This document shows, one piece after another, positions 1 through 14,444 of a DNA stretch of 64,000 bases (positions within the stretch are counted from its first letter, which is position 1; each line of letters opens with the position of its first letter). Under the pieces are notes generated by a model. It made no database searches. It was not told where the DNA came from and saw nothing but the letters and a program-made list of their open reading frames with translations. The translations under genes were made by a program, and so were the position numbers. This stretch comes from Pocillopora damicornis (taxonomy: Eukaryota). Where the stretch lies: NCBI RefSeq assembly GCF_003704095.1, contig NW_020844645.1, forward strand, positions 124,001 to 188,000, written 5' to 3'.

Positions 1-3000
1 TTTGAATTTTCTTTTAATTGCCGCACATAATATCCATGACATTAAGCCTTTCAGCTGATCGCTTGATTTTACGCTAAGCAACTGAGACGCCAATGGACTG
101 CTACCGGAAAAAAGACGACACAGTATCATGCTTGTACAATTGAAGAACGACACGCACAAGACCAATTTTTACAACTCTGTTAATTCTCAATGTGTTTATT
201 AATGAAAAAACTTTGAGTTGATGGTCATACTATTTTTAGTGGACCTAAGGTTTCTCTCTGGTTAAACTGATGTTCCAGTGTTCCAGTGTTCCATAGCGGA
301 TCTAGTGCAGATACACATCCACCACCGCTCTACTAATGTTCAAAATCTAAATATCATAACATTTCTATGCGGAAAGTCAGTATCATAATAATCGTGGAAC
401 AACATTGAATTTATTTTTCGATAAAAAATTAAAATTAAAATTTGTCCTCTGAAGTCTTTGACCAACACAAGAAGTTTCGGTCAGACAACGCGTAAATTAC
501 GTGCAGAGCTGGCCTGTATGTTAAGATTGCATGAGCAATGAGATACTATATGTGAGAGCAATTAGCCATTAACTTAGAATGGATAAGGCTCATATCACCT
601 GAACCAGGGTGGTTTAGCTGGTTAAGACCATTACTGTACAGAATATGAATATCAGAATTTTCCATGCAGAAACTTAGCATCATAACAAACGAGAAGAATA
701 TTTGGAACAATATCAAATTGATTTTTTGGATAAAAATAAAAAAAGAAAAAATCTAATAGTAATTGTCTTCTAAAGTAAGCCCCAACTTTCTATTCGTGGG
801 CCAAAAACAAGTAATTTCTAGGAGTGCCCTTTGCTTAATTCTCTTTTTTACATGTTAATTTACTTACTTAGTTTTTAAGTTTGCAATTATTTGGCTGTTA
901 GTAGATTTTCAGGCCAATTCAGTTCTTCTAACTGGATCATTTCCGGTCCTCCTTAAGTATAATTTTCAGTGCGCAATCATTTGCAAGGCTGTACACCTAC
1001 TGCTCTTTTATTCTGGATCCACTGATAATCTTATGAGGGTTTAGTCTTTCTCATGACGGATTTCCTTGGTGAGTGATTTTCTCATTAAGTTTGAGGAATT
1101 CACGCAAACAAGATAATTGATAAGAATGTTCAACCGGAACAATCAGCAGAGCTCTTCGAGGTACGGCATTCACGGAAAGCAGCTTCTCAATATATTGTAG
1201 TTTATAGTTATATTTATGGTCGTGAAGTTACAGTTCAATCCTTTTGTTAATAGCTGATGAATTGCCCGTGGCTAAATAAAGTCTATTGACTAATTGATTG
1301 AACTCGAATAAATTTATTTGTGGAATGTTCTGTGATTTGCTCTTATTCCAGTTGCCACTGTTTTATTCTCAGCCTTTCTTTTTTAACTTTTTCTTTAGTA
1401 TTTTAAATTCTGATCTTAAACAACATAAAACAGCTTCAAAGTGCTTTAGTTATTCTACGGTTGACGTCTACACGTTGACGTTGGTTATGATTTTGAGCTC
1501 TTCCATGCTTTCTTTTTCCAATACGAACAATTAAGGATAATAGGTATAAAATGCAAAAACGAAATAAGTTAGAGCAAAGGGGAAATAATTTACAGGTCCT
1601 CCTTCGTGACGATTCAGGATTGTGTTGATCTAATATTATGATTCTTAAATTATAATTCAATTGGTTGCTGGCTGGGGTACGTTTTCATACTGAGCTTTCC
1701 GCCGTGCGTTACCTAATTTGTTAACCCCTCGACCACTCGGCGTTCACTGGTTATGAAATTTCACAAGAAGAACCGGCTCGTCGTGAAGAAACAGGATAAA
1801 CAACTATTCGAGATTTCCGTTTCTGAACTTCAGCTCATAAGGGATGAGAAGCAAAACATACAACCCACGTTCCTTTTTTTTCTCGGGAAAGAATTAAATT
1901 TCGTTTGAATTTTTACGGATTCCAATAGAGAAATCAGTTTTCAGTCAGCTACACTGAGTTAAAACTTCAACAAGCTCACATCATGATTGCATATGGCCAG
2001 AAGCACTAAAGTTCAAAAATAGATCCGTTCATCTCCATTATGAAAGGTATTCATGAGTAATCGATAATAGATCACCAGTCAATTTTGACAAAAGGGCTCT
2101 GTGCTATGTTCATGGCCATAATTTGAGATTCAGTCCTGAGACGCGAAAGCAGTTTCGTTGGTTACAGTTTTCAAGAAAAGATGGATGCGAATCAAGAGCA
2201 GGTTTGATTTCAGAGACGTAGCAATAACTGTAACTCATTAGTTCAAGGGACGATATTTTGCGACATCTCTCAATGATGATTTATTTTTTTAAGTAACCTG
2301 ACGATCCGAATGAAATGGAAAAATCAGGCACAGTCAGTTCAATGACATCGCGCAATATTCTTCCTTTAATCTGGTTAATTTTAACGTTTCCTTCTCAACT
2401 GAGGTAGAGTAGACCAAGGATTGTAGAATAAGGTTATGTAAGTTTCTTCAATTGAACGATTTCTCTTGATCATAACTTCAAAAGAATGCAATTTAGATCT
2501 GTCTGGTACATGAATCAGTTCTTCGATATTAGATTGTGGCTGTTGTTCTCACATGCCTTCAGTCAGTTATTTCCAATTTTATAACAAAGAACAGCGTGAA
2601 ACACGAGTAACTGATGGCCTCTTTGGAATTCTGTTTTTGTGAGATAAGTAGAAGGACAAGTAGAAGGATGAGTAGAAGGACAAAATTCGGCTGAAAGCGG
2701 GCCGTATGAAAAGCTTTTTTACTTGCGGCTAACTGTAGTTGATGTTATAAACAAAATAAATCGTACATGGCAAACCGCAATTTAGTCCTAAAGCCATGAA
2801 TCGAGGGAAACTGATGACAATTTGACTGGTAGAATCGAAGCGTCGGGGGAAGCATTTAGGGGACGCCATTTTGAATTACACTCACGCGCAAACCTCGACA
2901 AGAGACCCTTTCTGGCGCGCTGTATTTCAGATACTTCCATACTTAAATTAATTCAAAATTGTTTCAGGAATGTTAATGTTGTTTTAGTTGCAAGTACCAC

Positions 3001-6000
3001 TGATTATCGAATTGCAGGAGACAAACCGTATCGAGAGGAAACCCCGCAGGATAGTCATAAAGTTTGCACCTGAAACTCGGGGGAACATTTACAACATTCT
3101 CTTAGTTTGAACACTTACAAAACCTTACAGTATATTTATCATGCTGACTCGTTAAAATAAAAAACCAAGTGAAATTCAATGTCAACGACGCTGTCTACCC
3201 AATCTCTTGCACTTTCCCTATCTCTGAAGTTATTCTGCCGGATTCGCTCACGGTTTCGTCATATGTCTTCTCTACCGCAAACGCCCAAAAATATCTCAAC
3301 AAACGTTATACTAGGGATGATAAGTCTATTGTATTAGTGGGAGTGTACGGATCGTACTTTAATTCTTTTTCTAAAAAGCTAAAATCCATTGTTGGCAGAC
3401 TTTCGTTTCAGCAGACTTTATAACAAGCAAGCAAAACAATCAAGAGTCCAAATCAGTGGATGAAATCGGTCCAGAATGATAACCCCTGAAACTAAGTCGC
3501 ACATGGTTATCATTAAAGTAAAAGATACGCTACTGCGTGGCATTAAGACTAGAAAAGTGACAAAGAATCAAGGAGTGAGACACGAAGAGCCTTTGCAACA
3601 AATTTCTCGGAACGATCGACTGGAATACTGGGTGGAGGCTATCGCGGAGAGCGAAAAAGATAAAGAACATCGGAGGGGAACTTTGAAACTTGGGATTTTT
3701 CGTGCGGTATGCAAAAATTCTACTTTTCTGTATTGTGGTGAACTACTTGTGGTTTTAACCTTGCAAAACAAAATTATTTGCGGTGTTGTTAAAGGTTACT
3801 TGCTAAACACTAATGCAGAATTCTCCGACTCTTCGTCCTTGTCGAAACTAATTGTAGCTTCATGATGCTGATGGCAACTTTGCTGTTAAAACTGCTTTAT
3901 TTGCGAGTTTTATTGCTGTCTTTAACCATGATTGTAATGAAATATATCACACAAACAAAAAACCCATTGGACTTAAACCTCTGAACCATCACTAGTGCAT
4001 GAACATTGACGGATCGACATACAAATAAGAGGTAACATTTGATATGACTTTGTGAAGTACGGGTTTAAAAAATGTGCTTTTAGTTTCGTTGTTTCATAAA
4101 CTTTTCGCGCGGTGATCAAGACTTTGACGATATTATGTATCCTTTAACTTCGATATGTCCTTACAAGTTTAATTGATTCTATGACTTGTGTTCGTTCTTC
4201 GAAAACAGGGGAGCCATAGACTCTAACCCTTACCCTATGCAAAAATCTTGTTAAAAAATGTCGCAAGCGCGTTGGCTGTCTGAAAAATGGTGTAATCGCG
4301 TGAAGTAGGTTTTAGTAAAACAAGTCAGGCCTTCCCTAACAGCTGAGACAACAAAGCATAATTCATTTCCCAACCCGTGAAAACGTGTTTTCATTTTCAC
4401 ACTTGGTGTGGACCTTCATATACATTCGAAAAGCCTGACGTTGGCATATCAAAGGTGTTTGGAACAAATCAAGCTTACTCCCGGAAATGATATAATGAAA
4501 CAGAATGCAAAACATGCATACACAAATATTCTCGTAACTTACTGTAGATTGACGGATAGATCATGCCTTATGCTCCGTCTCCACAAAATAATTTGTGATG
4601 CTTTTAAAACAGGTTTTTTTCCACAGAGGGGGTTGCAAAGTAACACGTACTGGGATAAAATTCAAAATGCAATTAAAACCATTTCTTCTTGAGACAACAT
4701 TACATTAAGCTGTTTACAAGCGTGCAGGTAATCTGACTCTTGATACGTATCAACTATTAAGAGCACTTGACCAGAGTTATTTTTGATTTGCGGTAAACAT
4801 ATTTATGGCTTTATGTAACAGCAAGGTTATGATACAGGTAACCTAGCATAAGAGAATTTTCTGTAAAGACGTTTGACCTTCTATAATACTACACTGACGC
4901 CATGCCTGTTGATGTTGAACCTCCTCCTCCTTCATTTACTTGAGAAATCACCGTTAAATTTAACTCGTCAACTAACTCTTCGAGAAAGCCCTTAAACTAT
5001 CTTGAAATAACTCCTTTAATCGCGTTACAAAAATTGATCATAAGCGACCATCATGATTATAGGTTAATAATGGTTTTAGGGACGAAAAGAGTTCACGAAT
5101 TAAAGTAAACAAATGGGAGAATGGCCATTGATTTTTTTTATCTTTGTCATTATTACCTATTTTAATTATTTTAAAATTGTTTATCGTGAGTTTTGACATT
5201 GTTGTATTTTATACCTTTACATTTTTCATGAATGTGTATATTTGTATTCGAATCCTTTCTTTAATTGTTTAGACAGTTAGCAATATTATAGTAGCCACTT
5301 TTCATGACTGTTTATTGAACATTTGTTATTGCTATTGTTATTCGGAATCCCATCGCTTCCCTTTTAGCGCGATTTGTTAATCAACATCATTGCCGAGATG
5401 GGAAGACGACACAAGGTCCATTTATCAACTAATCAAACTTTGAAACCGATATTGTACAGGAAAGTTACTTAACATTAACGTCTTTATGAATAAAAACGTA
5501 GAGTCAGTAGTCTTAAATTACCCTATACTGTCTAATGTCATCGTCCAATCGATGTTCGGGGGTGAGGCGTTTGGTTTCCTTACACTTTTTCTATATTCGA
5601 GTTGCTCACAAGCATTCATACATGTGCCTGAGCCACTGATGCGTTTGGAAACTACGTTATGCAATTCGCCATTACTCATGTTAGAGTAGAAGCAAAGTTG
5701 ATGGCAGAATCCGGAGAAAAGATAATTTTTGGTTATGAGCGAAGTTTTCGAAATCCATGAGATTGACATTGGATACGTTTTACTTTGGTCAGTAAAAATG
5801 ACGATGCATAGTTCATGCAGACTACTTGTTGAGCCGCAGTCGTTTCAATCTCTGAGTTTCTTTTCACCCCTTGTCGATGCTATGCGATGTTAATTAATTA
5901 TTTTGCAACCGTAGCACTCAATACGAGGCATGGACTGCCCCACGAATAAACTCCTCCTTTGTATTGCTTGAAAAGCTAGAATGGTTGAAGGGGGAAAAGG

Positions 6001-9000
6001 AAACATTTATCCTAATCTTAATATTTGCGGAACACAAATAGGATAAAGTTCATGAGAAACAGAAGCATATGATGGGCCCTTTTTCAGAATGTACCTCTTT
6101 CTTTTAAAACTGTTTTTCTGATACTTTGATGGTTTCTGAGATCGGTCAGTGTATGGAAAATTAATTTCAAAGCAGACGATAAAGAAACCGACTTGTGAAA
6201 CATGTTAGTGGAGAGCATAATCTTAATTTGCCTTCCGGCAACCTACTGATAGAGAGATTTTTACCAGCACGCATTAACGACTCCAGAAGGAAAAGAAAGA
6301 AATAATAAATCCTTGCACATCGCGTTTGAATTGGTTTGTACGAAAGCCACGCAGGTTAGTAACTCAGAAGATTTTACGTTTACTTGGAGGCCATTCAAAG
6401 TGAAAAAACTATCAAAACGATAAATTGTATATGGGGGCACCAACCAGACTTTCGTCTAGAAATGTAAATGTATTTACGCAACACGTAGCTAATATCCTTT
6501 GTTGTTCGAATTACACAACTTTAAGCTTTGTTGGCGACGGCCATTGCCTCCTTCTCGGCCCCACCCAGAAAAACAAATTCCACGTGTGAGTAATAACTAA
6601 TGACCGTCTCCTTTACTTTCAGATAATGGCTAAGTTAACGTTTATTCGGTAAAAACGTATCAATGATGAAATTAGAGAATAAGAGAGTACAGAGTAAGCT
6701 TCAATAGTTAGATTTCTGTCCATTGCGTGCTATACCAATTAGTAATTGTTAGTTCAATGTCAGTAAATAAACAATCGGCTCGTAAGCAGCTTATGACCTC
6801 CCAATGCTTCATACTGGCCATATTTTTGGATCCTGCACGTCTGCCCCGGTTTCCGGTACGCCATAAAAGCGTGAACATGAAAAACAATCGACTTTTAGGC
6901 CTCAAAAACCAAGCTCCTCCTGCTTCCCAAATTGGTCTGAGATTGGTGCTAGATAAATTTTTCTATTCGGTAACCTTGTTAATAACAAAAGTGTTAGAGC
7001 AGAAATCAACGGTGCCATTTATTTCAGCTGGATTTCCAGTTTCGGGCCAGATCGTCTTTGATGCATTTTGAATGCTGAAAGGTGTGTAGGTACTCAACAT
7101 CTTTGACAGATCTACGACAAAGCTCGTGCACCTTAGGAAGACTTCAGCAGAATCTTACTTTGATTACATCTATCTTCTCCATCCTTTACCGTATCCTTAT
7201 TTCTTGATTTATTATTGCTTGTGCTACGTTGCTCTTCTACATTTTTTCTTAGTTGAAGATAGTCTATGGTGTTACTTGATCAAACTGCCACGATTTAGCT
7301 CCTAGACTTTAAAATTATCTGTGCACTGTACTGATTAAAACTTGGGACTGAGCCTAGAGGTACAAAGGTTAACAATTGCGGTTTAGGAGAGATAACAACT
7401 TGGACACAAAACAAGGGCGCTACTAGAATTTCAAAAGAAAAAAACGCGAAAGAAAAAAAGACGTGGAACCAAAACATGTGCATTCTCTTTTCTCGGAAGA
7501 GCTAAAAACATAAACAGGTCACTTCAAATGATGACATTGCGATTTTAAAAGAAATATTCAAGTAAATGCTCACAATTTTGACAAATTATAGAAGTTTCCT
7601 CCATGTTCTGACACGTTAATTAAACAATTGCTATTGTTTACCGTATGAACCTGACTGAGTCTTCACATAAATAAGAAATTTTACATTACCATTACCTCAC
7701 GTTTACTGTGAGCTACTGACGTGATTAATAGCAGATGAGCATACCACGAGTTCGAGCAGACAAACTTTGCTGATGAGTTTATATACTTGATACAAGTTAT
7801 CGTGGCTGACTGTCAATTTGGCTGATAATGACATCGATACAGCATCGTTTTATAGCTTAACACTATTGCACTCCTTTGCAATTCCTTCGAAGAGAAAAAC
7901 AACCTGAGGGAGTCAATTGAAGTCTAAGGGTGGTCAAATTAATTCTTTGTGACATTATTCTACATTATCCCTTTTGCGTCAAACATTTCCAGTAGTAGCA
8001 TACGTGTAATGGTGCTTTTAGAATGACTGTGTGAAGTCAAGTGACACTATTTGGAACAAATCTGGAGAAGAAGACCAAGTAGAAATTTCCTGGTTGGGGC
8101 CGGCATGAATACACAAGCAAACGCCTGGAGGCTAAGTCCAGTGGACAGGTAGCATTGAAATAACAAAAGTCTCTTTTACAAGATCAATTGTCCTCACTGA
8201 GACATTCTGCTGGATTTGGTCAAGAAAACATTGCACTTACAGATAAACAGAAAACACAATACTAGCAACAACATTTTCACAAGTAATGAAGATACAGGGA
8301 GTATGAAAACAGCTAGGATTCTAAATTTGATCGTAATGTCGAAAGAGCGTTAAGCAATATTCGGTGGCAAAAATTGAACCAGTTAATTCGACGATAGCAG
8401 GCAAAAGCAACAAGCGAGAGACAACTTGGGGGAATATTCTTATTAAACAGTATTCATTTACATATCAGCTTTTTTAAGGAGAACTTTTGTCCTGAGAAAA
8501 ACAAACAGTAACCTATTCTCCTTCTCTAGAGGTGAAGAAAGCTTTATCATATATATTTTGAAAGACATAAATTGAAACGATCGATACCTTACGTTTAAAA
8601 GCTTGAAATACTCCGACATGTCGAAGAACCTCAATGTATTTTGGGTGATAAAAATGGAAGTTGGTGATTAGGATTATTTTAGGCTACAAAATTACATTCA
8701 TACGTTGTAATATGTTCCTCCCAAAATTTATACACAGTGGATTTGCTCTGAAGCTTAGCCCAAGAAGGAACTTATTTAGCTCACAGCGACAGGGAATTTA
8801 CTATTTATTTTCGTATAACTGGGACTGATAAAATATTATCTCTCGCCTAGAGAAATAGGACTAACAATTCTACAGAATAATTAGAAACCAACCGAAAAGA
8901 AATAGCAATCACAATTTGGTGCAAAATACTAAAATATTTTTTGTTTCATCGTGATTAAGGATATCAGGTATACGTGGGCAATGAAGAAAATATTTGGCTA

Positions 9001-11560
9001 ACAATTTGTTTTTGGCATATCATAGCAGACTTTTACTGCACTTGAAATTTTGTGTTTTTCTTTTTAAATCTTGCTCAGGGAGTACATGTGTCGATATAAT
9101 TTCGACAGGGTTTCTTATCTAAAGAATGAGAACGAGAACAACAGCAGGTCACAGCTATTGTACATAGTTCCCTTCCAGTTCAAGCATGCAAATACACTCT
9201 CAAAACCATAACCTTAGGTAAAGTTATGAATAACACGTTATGATGTTTAGAAATATACCAGAACAACGGATGCCGTACCATTAACACAAATTTAATTTCT
9301 GATATGGTCTATCAAAGTATATTGAATTCAATTTTAGCCTCAAGTTAAAACGAAAGTTTCAATATCATGCTTCGACTGAGCATGAAAAGGACATATCTTG
9401 TATAATAATCAAAAGAATGAGACTTACTCTGTAATACATTCCGATGGAAAACACAAGAAAATGAACCTCAAGCTGGTTTTTTTCACAACAATTTGAAGAA
9501 GAAGAAGATAACACCTAGTCAATCTGTATATTTAAATTCCTCTCGCCCTCTCATTGCGGAAAAAGCTGAATTTGGTCATAATTCGATTATTCATAGTTTA
9601 AACTAAACTTTAAACTTAACCATGCGTTAGACTGATTTTTAGTTATTGTACTTATCAACCGAATGACATTTACATATCATAAGGCTACTCAAAAATCATC
9701 TCCAGTAAACTTAGGCGTCATCATGAGTTCATTATGATCGGCATAGATTAGTATAGCTTGTAGTCAGTAGCAAGTCAACCCAAACAGACCCTTTAACGTG
9801 TCAACTACAAAACTATTCAATCTAAACCTATATGGCCATAAATACCTGGGTTGGAATGAAATGATCTGCTTTCCAATTGTCTTTTTTTTTTTTTTTTTTT
9901 TTTTTCAATTTAAGTGCACTTGTATCTTCCACCCGCATCGATTAGTAATGAAAGACCCTGGCCTTGGTGTAAGCCCAACATCACTTTGGATCCAAGCCTA
10001 CACACAGGTCGCACGTAAGAAGGATTAATGAGACAATTTGCCAAACCTCACAAAACATTCTTTACAGGTCATGCTTATCAACTAGACAGGTAGTCTTTAA
10101 TCGTTTCATGATTACCCTTGCATTTGACATTAACACTGGTGAGTTAAATCTTTCAAACATACTTGATCATGAATTCTTTATTTGAAAAGTTTGCGAAGAA
10201 TCACAACATTTGTCCACTCGTTGTAATGAACATTACCAGCATGCAGCGGGTGTATTGCATTTGATGACATAAACTTATAAGAGCGCTTATTCTAAATTTC
10301 TTAAATATAAGTTCAATTACCGATACACAACAAAGACGTTTGAAGCTACAGGCATTTTCTGAAATGAAAAATGAAGCCGATCGATCTTTATTATGATCAG
10401 ATTGTGCCGAGAGAATTGAACATCCACATTGTGTCGATATCTTGCTGTCAAAAGTGGACGTCATTCTACTTTGATATATGGAGTGCTTTTAGGCTAAGAG
10501 AGTCAGTCTATCATCAGAATTGCAAAGGAGCTACGTAAGTCTTGTCTGAAAATCCGTTCTGGAAGTTCCGCGGGGTTATATCTCTTCTGTGTTGACTGAG
10601 AGGCTTACATGGAGTTCCTTTAGGTATTAGCTGAAATTAAGTGATGTATGACGTTTGTTGTCGATCAAGGTCACCCTTCGGCCATCTTATATCATTATAT
10701 CACGTTCTCTTCCGATGAAAATTAATTGCAAGCCGATTAAAGATGGTATGCTGTGATATTCTGGGTCAAGTCATACATGCGACACAGTAGAATCACCTTT
10801 TTGAAATGAACTCAAGTTTGAAATATTCATTTTTCATAAGGAGGCAGATATCACTCAAAAGAGATAAAAATGCCGAAAAACCTTCCAGGATTTGTAGCAC
10901 AGATACGGGAAAGAAAGAAGGCAAACCAGTTTTGGATGTAAAGGCATATTTCGTAAATTGGTAATACGTTTGTGCTGTTATAACAGATTGACCTAGCCTT
11001 GACGTAACGATACCGAGGATACAATTCATTTACTTCACTAGTCTTGTAAAATGAGAGGAGTACCATCTGAAGTAAACTTAACTGATTATTTGCAGCTGGA
11101 AAAACGCAAAAATTGTCCACATCCAGTTTTTAATTTATATCTCAACAAATATTTACAGCAATAACACCTACAATATCTCATTTTAAAGTGTATAAAATGG
11201 ACTTCTTAGGAAAATATAAATTTCATCATTGAAACCCAGGACTTTCCTGATAAAAGACAAAATAAGTAAGAAATAGTGTAAAAATTGAGGTCAAAGTCAC
11301 TTTTCCTCATAGGTATAGGTTATTTAAGATTAATTGATAAAAAAAAGTAGATTGTTAACTAGTCAGCAACATTTCCTGAAAATCTAATAGAAAAAGAACA
11401 AATAATGAATTTTTTATGAATTTTTTATGAATTTTTATGTGCGTCATGTCATTAAAAAAAATTAGCAGAAAAAAATGTTTGGGGGGAAATTCAACTTTTT
11501 ATCAGGAGGGTGGGTGGGTCCTGATGTGTTACTAAGTGAATGAATTAGCCTTTTTAACAT

Positions 11561-13060
11561 CCCTTCTAACTAATGGGAGTCCTCAGAACTAGGACTAAAT
11601 CACAACTATTCTCTCTGACAAAGAAAAAAGCAGCAAAGTATAAAAAAATAACTTTTTTTTTTAATTCAAATTTTTTTTGTATATATTTTTGAGAAACAAT
11701 ATCAGAAAACATTGGAAAAAACATTGGCAAAATGTTATAATTATGGGAAATGTGGTACAACAAAAATTTAGCTATGGAACTTCTTAGAATAAAACACTGC
11801 AAAACAATCCTAACCCTTACTAACATGAATATACTTCTGATATTGAGCCGGGGCATTACAATAAGATCGAACCCCAAAATCTCCCCTATCCTCTTTATAA
11901 CATACCGTACAGCGTCTCTGAGTATCAGAGGAAACTGGGATATGGACAGTTGTAAACTCCTCTGGGGCGGAAGGGAGTGATTTCACCGTGGTATTCTCGG
12001 GTGGACTACCATAATCGGAGAAACCACAGAGTTGCCTAACAATTTCTTCCCGGAAATCACCCAAGGAATAATTAGAGGGCCTTTTTAGAGCACCATCGTC
12101 AGGAAACTAAGCCCTATGCTCTTTGAAAAGGATAAAGCTATTGACTACAGCCATGTCAATTAGGTGGTAAAACAAAGTTTCCCACCACTTCGTGGACTTA
12201 CGTGGTACACTATTTGTGGTTAGAATTTGATCAGAACGGTCAACCCCATTCATAAACTTATTGAAATTAGCTACAACTTTAGGTTGTGATATTTCCCTTG
12301 TGTCCCACACGCCATCCACCTTTCTTTTCCTGTTGAGCAGACTATGGTAATTAACTTTATCTATAGTTGATAACATTGAAATTACTTCGTTATCCACCCA
12401 CTGAAGTACCAAAAGAGGAGGATCCTTTCCCAAAGCATGTCACCCTTTTTCCCCCTTAGCCCATTCCTTACTCTTTTTGAACGCAGCTGGAAAGCCTCTC
12501 CTGGTTTCCAGGATGGTACCAGTGGCAAGGACTCCCTGAGCAAACAAATCTTTGAACAATGGGACCGATTAATAAAAGTTATTGACATAGAAATGGTAAC
12601 CCTGATTTAGAAAAGGCCAAAAGTCTCAGCATAACCATCATCATAACCTAATTAAATTCACTAGTTTTCTGCTCTGCGGCTCTACCAACGTGGACATTGA
12701 AGTCTACAGTGTAGCCATTTGAACTGTCAGCCAAAACCCACAATTTGATACCCCATTTGGCGAGCATGTCTTTGATTTACTGTCGTATACCAGACCTGTG
12801 GCGAGACTTATCCATCCGCTCATCAATAGCTAAATTTTGGCTGGGCTGGTACAAAGCAAGACACCTAGATTTAAAATAATCAATAAATGACTCAACTTTA
12901 CGCACCTTATGGGATATATCTTCTTCAGCGGGATCAACATGGCCATTAGGGCTTTGCATCTGGTTCTGGGCATGATTGCTCTTGCCCAGAGACCATGATA
13001 TAGGGTCTTTAAGCTCCAACACTTGTCAAAGCCCCACCGAGTTTCAATAGCCTAACAAAT
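11561..13060 (-). mobile_element. Decayed, 5'-truncated piggyBac DNA transposon (PGBD4-like transposase remnant)
   Basis: Frameshifted minus-strand segments read WSLKTLYHGLWARAIMPR, LYQPSQNLAIDERM, LQWVDNEVISMLST, FNKFMNGVDRSDQ, KWWETLFYHLIDMAVVNSFILF and a C-terminal Cys-rich CTVC...SYC domain. A CCCTT-starting end at 11561 follows a near TTAA. No second end was found. Confidence 0.9.
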
Positions 13061-14444
13061 GTAAAGAATACAACGGCTGACCTTTTGGGAAATTTAAATC
13101 TACCTGTACCTCAGTAAAGTAAACATTATCAAATATGGACTAAAGTCGTGGCGTTATACTGCAACAAAGCAATGGAACGCATCACCTTATGATATTCGTG
13201 CGGCGCCTGGCTCAAATGACTTTTAAAGTAGTTCCAGAAATTAGTGACTGGCAGCCACAGTTTTCGCTACAATGTATGTACGCTCGAATCTGTATTAAGG
13301 TCGTTCCTTATAAAGTCCCAACAGCCTGTTTGTATTGTCTCCCACCTGTTTTGAACAGTCACTTAAAGTGAACCACTCAAATAAAACTAAGAATAATCTT
13401 TCAAGTATTTTTTTGGGTACATTAATATTAAACGGTCTACTATGGCATAAAGTGGCGTTGTGTATCATCTTTTACAATACCCCTAGTCTGTATAAAGCGG
13501 CAAACCTGTATTAAGCGGTCACAAAGCTAATCGTGTTTTCCACGCTAAATAAAGCATGTATGTAAGTATGTATGGAAACTAGGTATCAATATCTTCTCGA
13601 GTTTTTAAAACCATTTCCGCAAATCTAAGTGATTTTGAAATGGCTAAGACTGACAGCAGTAAGACCAATGTGAAAATGGCGCTAAAAACACCAAAGTGGA
13701 ACCTGATGGAAGCAAACCAAAGAGGAACTGACAACAGATTTGCCAGTGTGATCACCGAAGTGAAACCTTACGACTATTTCTAAACTCCCGTACGGCAAAG
13801 AGGACCGCGGCGCTGCAAGTTTATTTTTAAATATATACTTTGCTATTTTCTACTGCACGTAAGCTCTTAAATAGTTCGTTAATGCTGCTTACCGTACGTC
13901 ATTTCATGAGGTAAATATGCCATAATTTCCGCAAGATAATTTCCGTATTTGCTTCAGACAGGAAAGCGGGATCCTTGGAGTTTCTTTCTAAGTCAGGGTT
14001 GGTAGGCCTAATAGTAGCGTTTCGAACTTATTATCGTGTTTTGTCGCTGATTAAGCCGGTTCTGTGATAGTCTTCACTTAATTCATTCAGACTTTAAAAA
14101 GTGAGAATGGGCCTCACCATGTTGTTAAAAAACTATAGTGCAAGATCACGGTTAGTCAGCTGTAAAAAAAGGCAATTTCTTGATAAATCTTTTGATAAAT
14201 CTTAGCGTTGGTATCCTTGAAAGTAACGGTAAGAACACGATAAAAGAGAAAATTGCTTGTAAAGGTAACACGTTTTTCCTTTTCGTAACGAAAAGTAAAT
14301 TTAGTAATCACCATGACTAATTATTGATCTTGATTGACAGTAACTATCAATGGGAATTGTGTGTCTGATTACAATTCATCGTACACGGTGATTTCTTTTT
14401 ATAGTTTTGTTATTCCTTTAAACTCACGGACAGTTCAACACCAG

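Noticed and set aside
1-11100. Short ORFs (e.g. 3169-3423, 3476-3865, 4408-4692, 6727-7071, 10793-11029)
   Set aside because: No recognisable domains, mostly non-ATG starts and no consistent exon chain; treated as intergenic or intronic. A diverged gene cannot be excluded without homology search.
13639-13783. Short ORF MAKTDSSKTNVKMALKTPKW...RFASVITEVKPYDYF, faintly like a Crypton N-terminus
   Set aside because: Too short, with no tyrosine-recombinase motifs downstream
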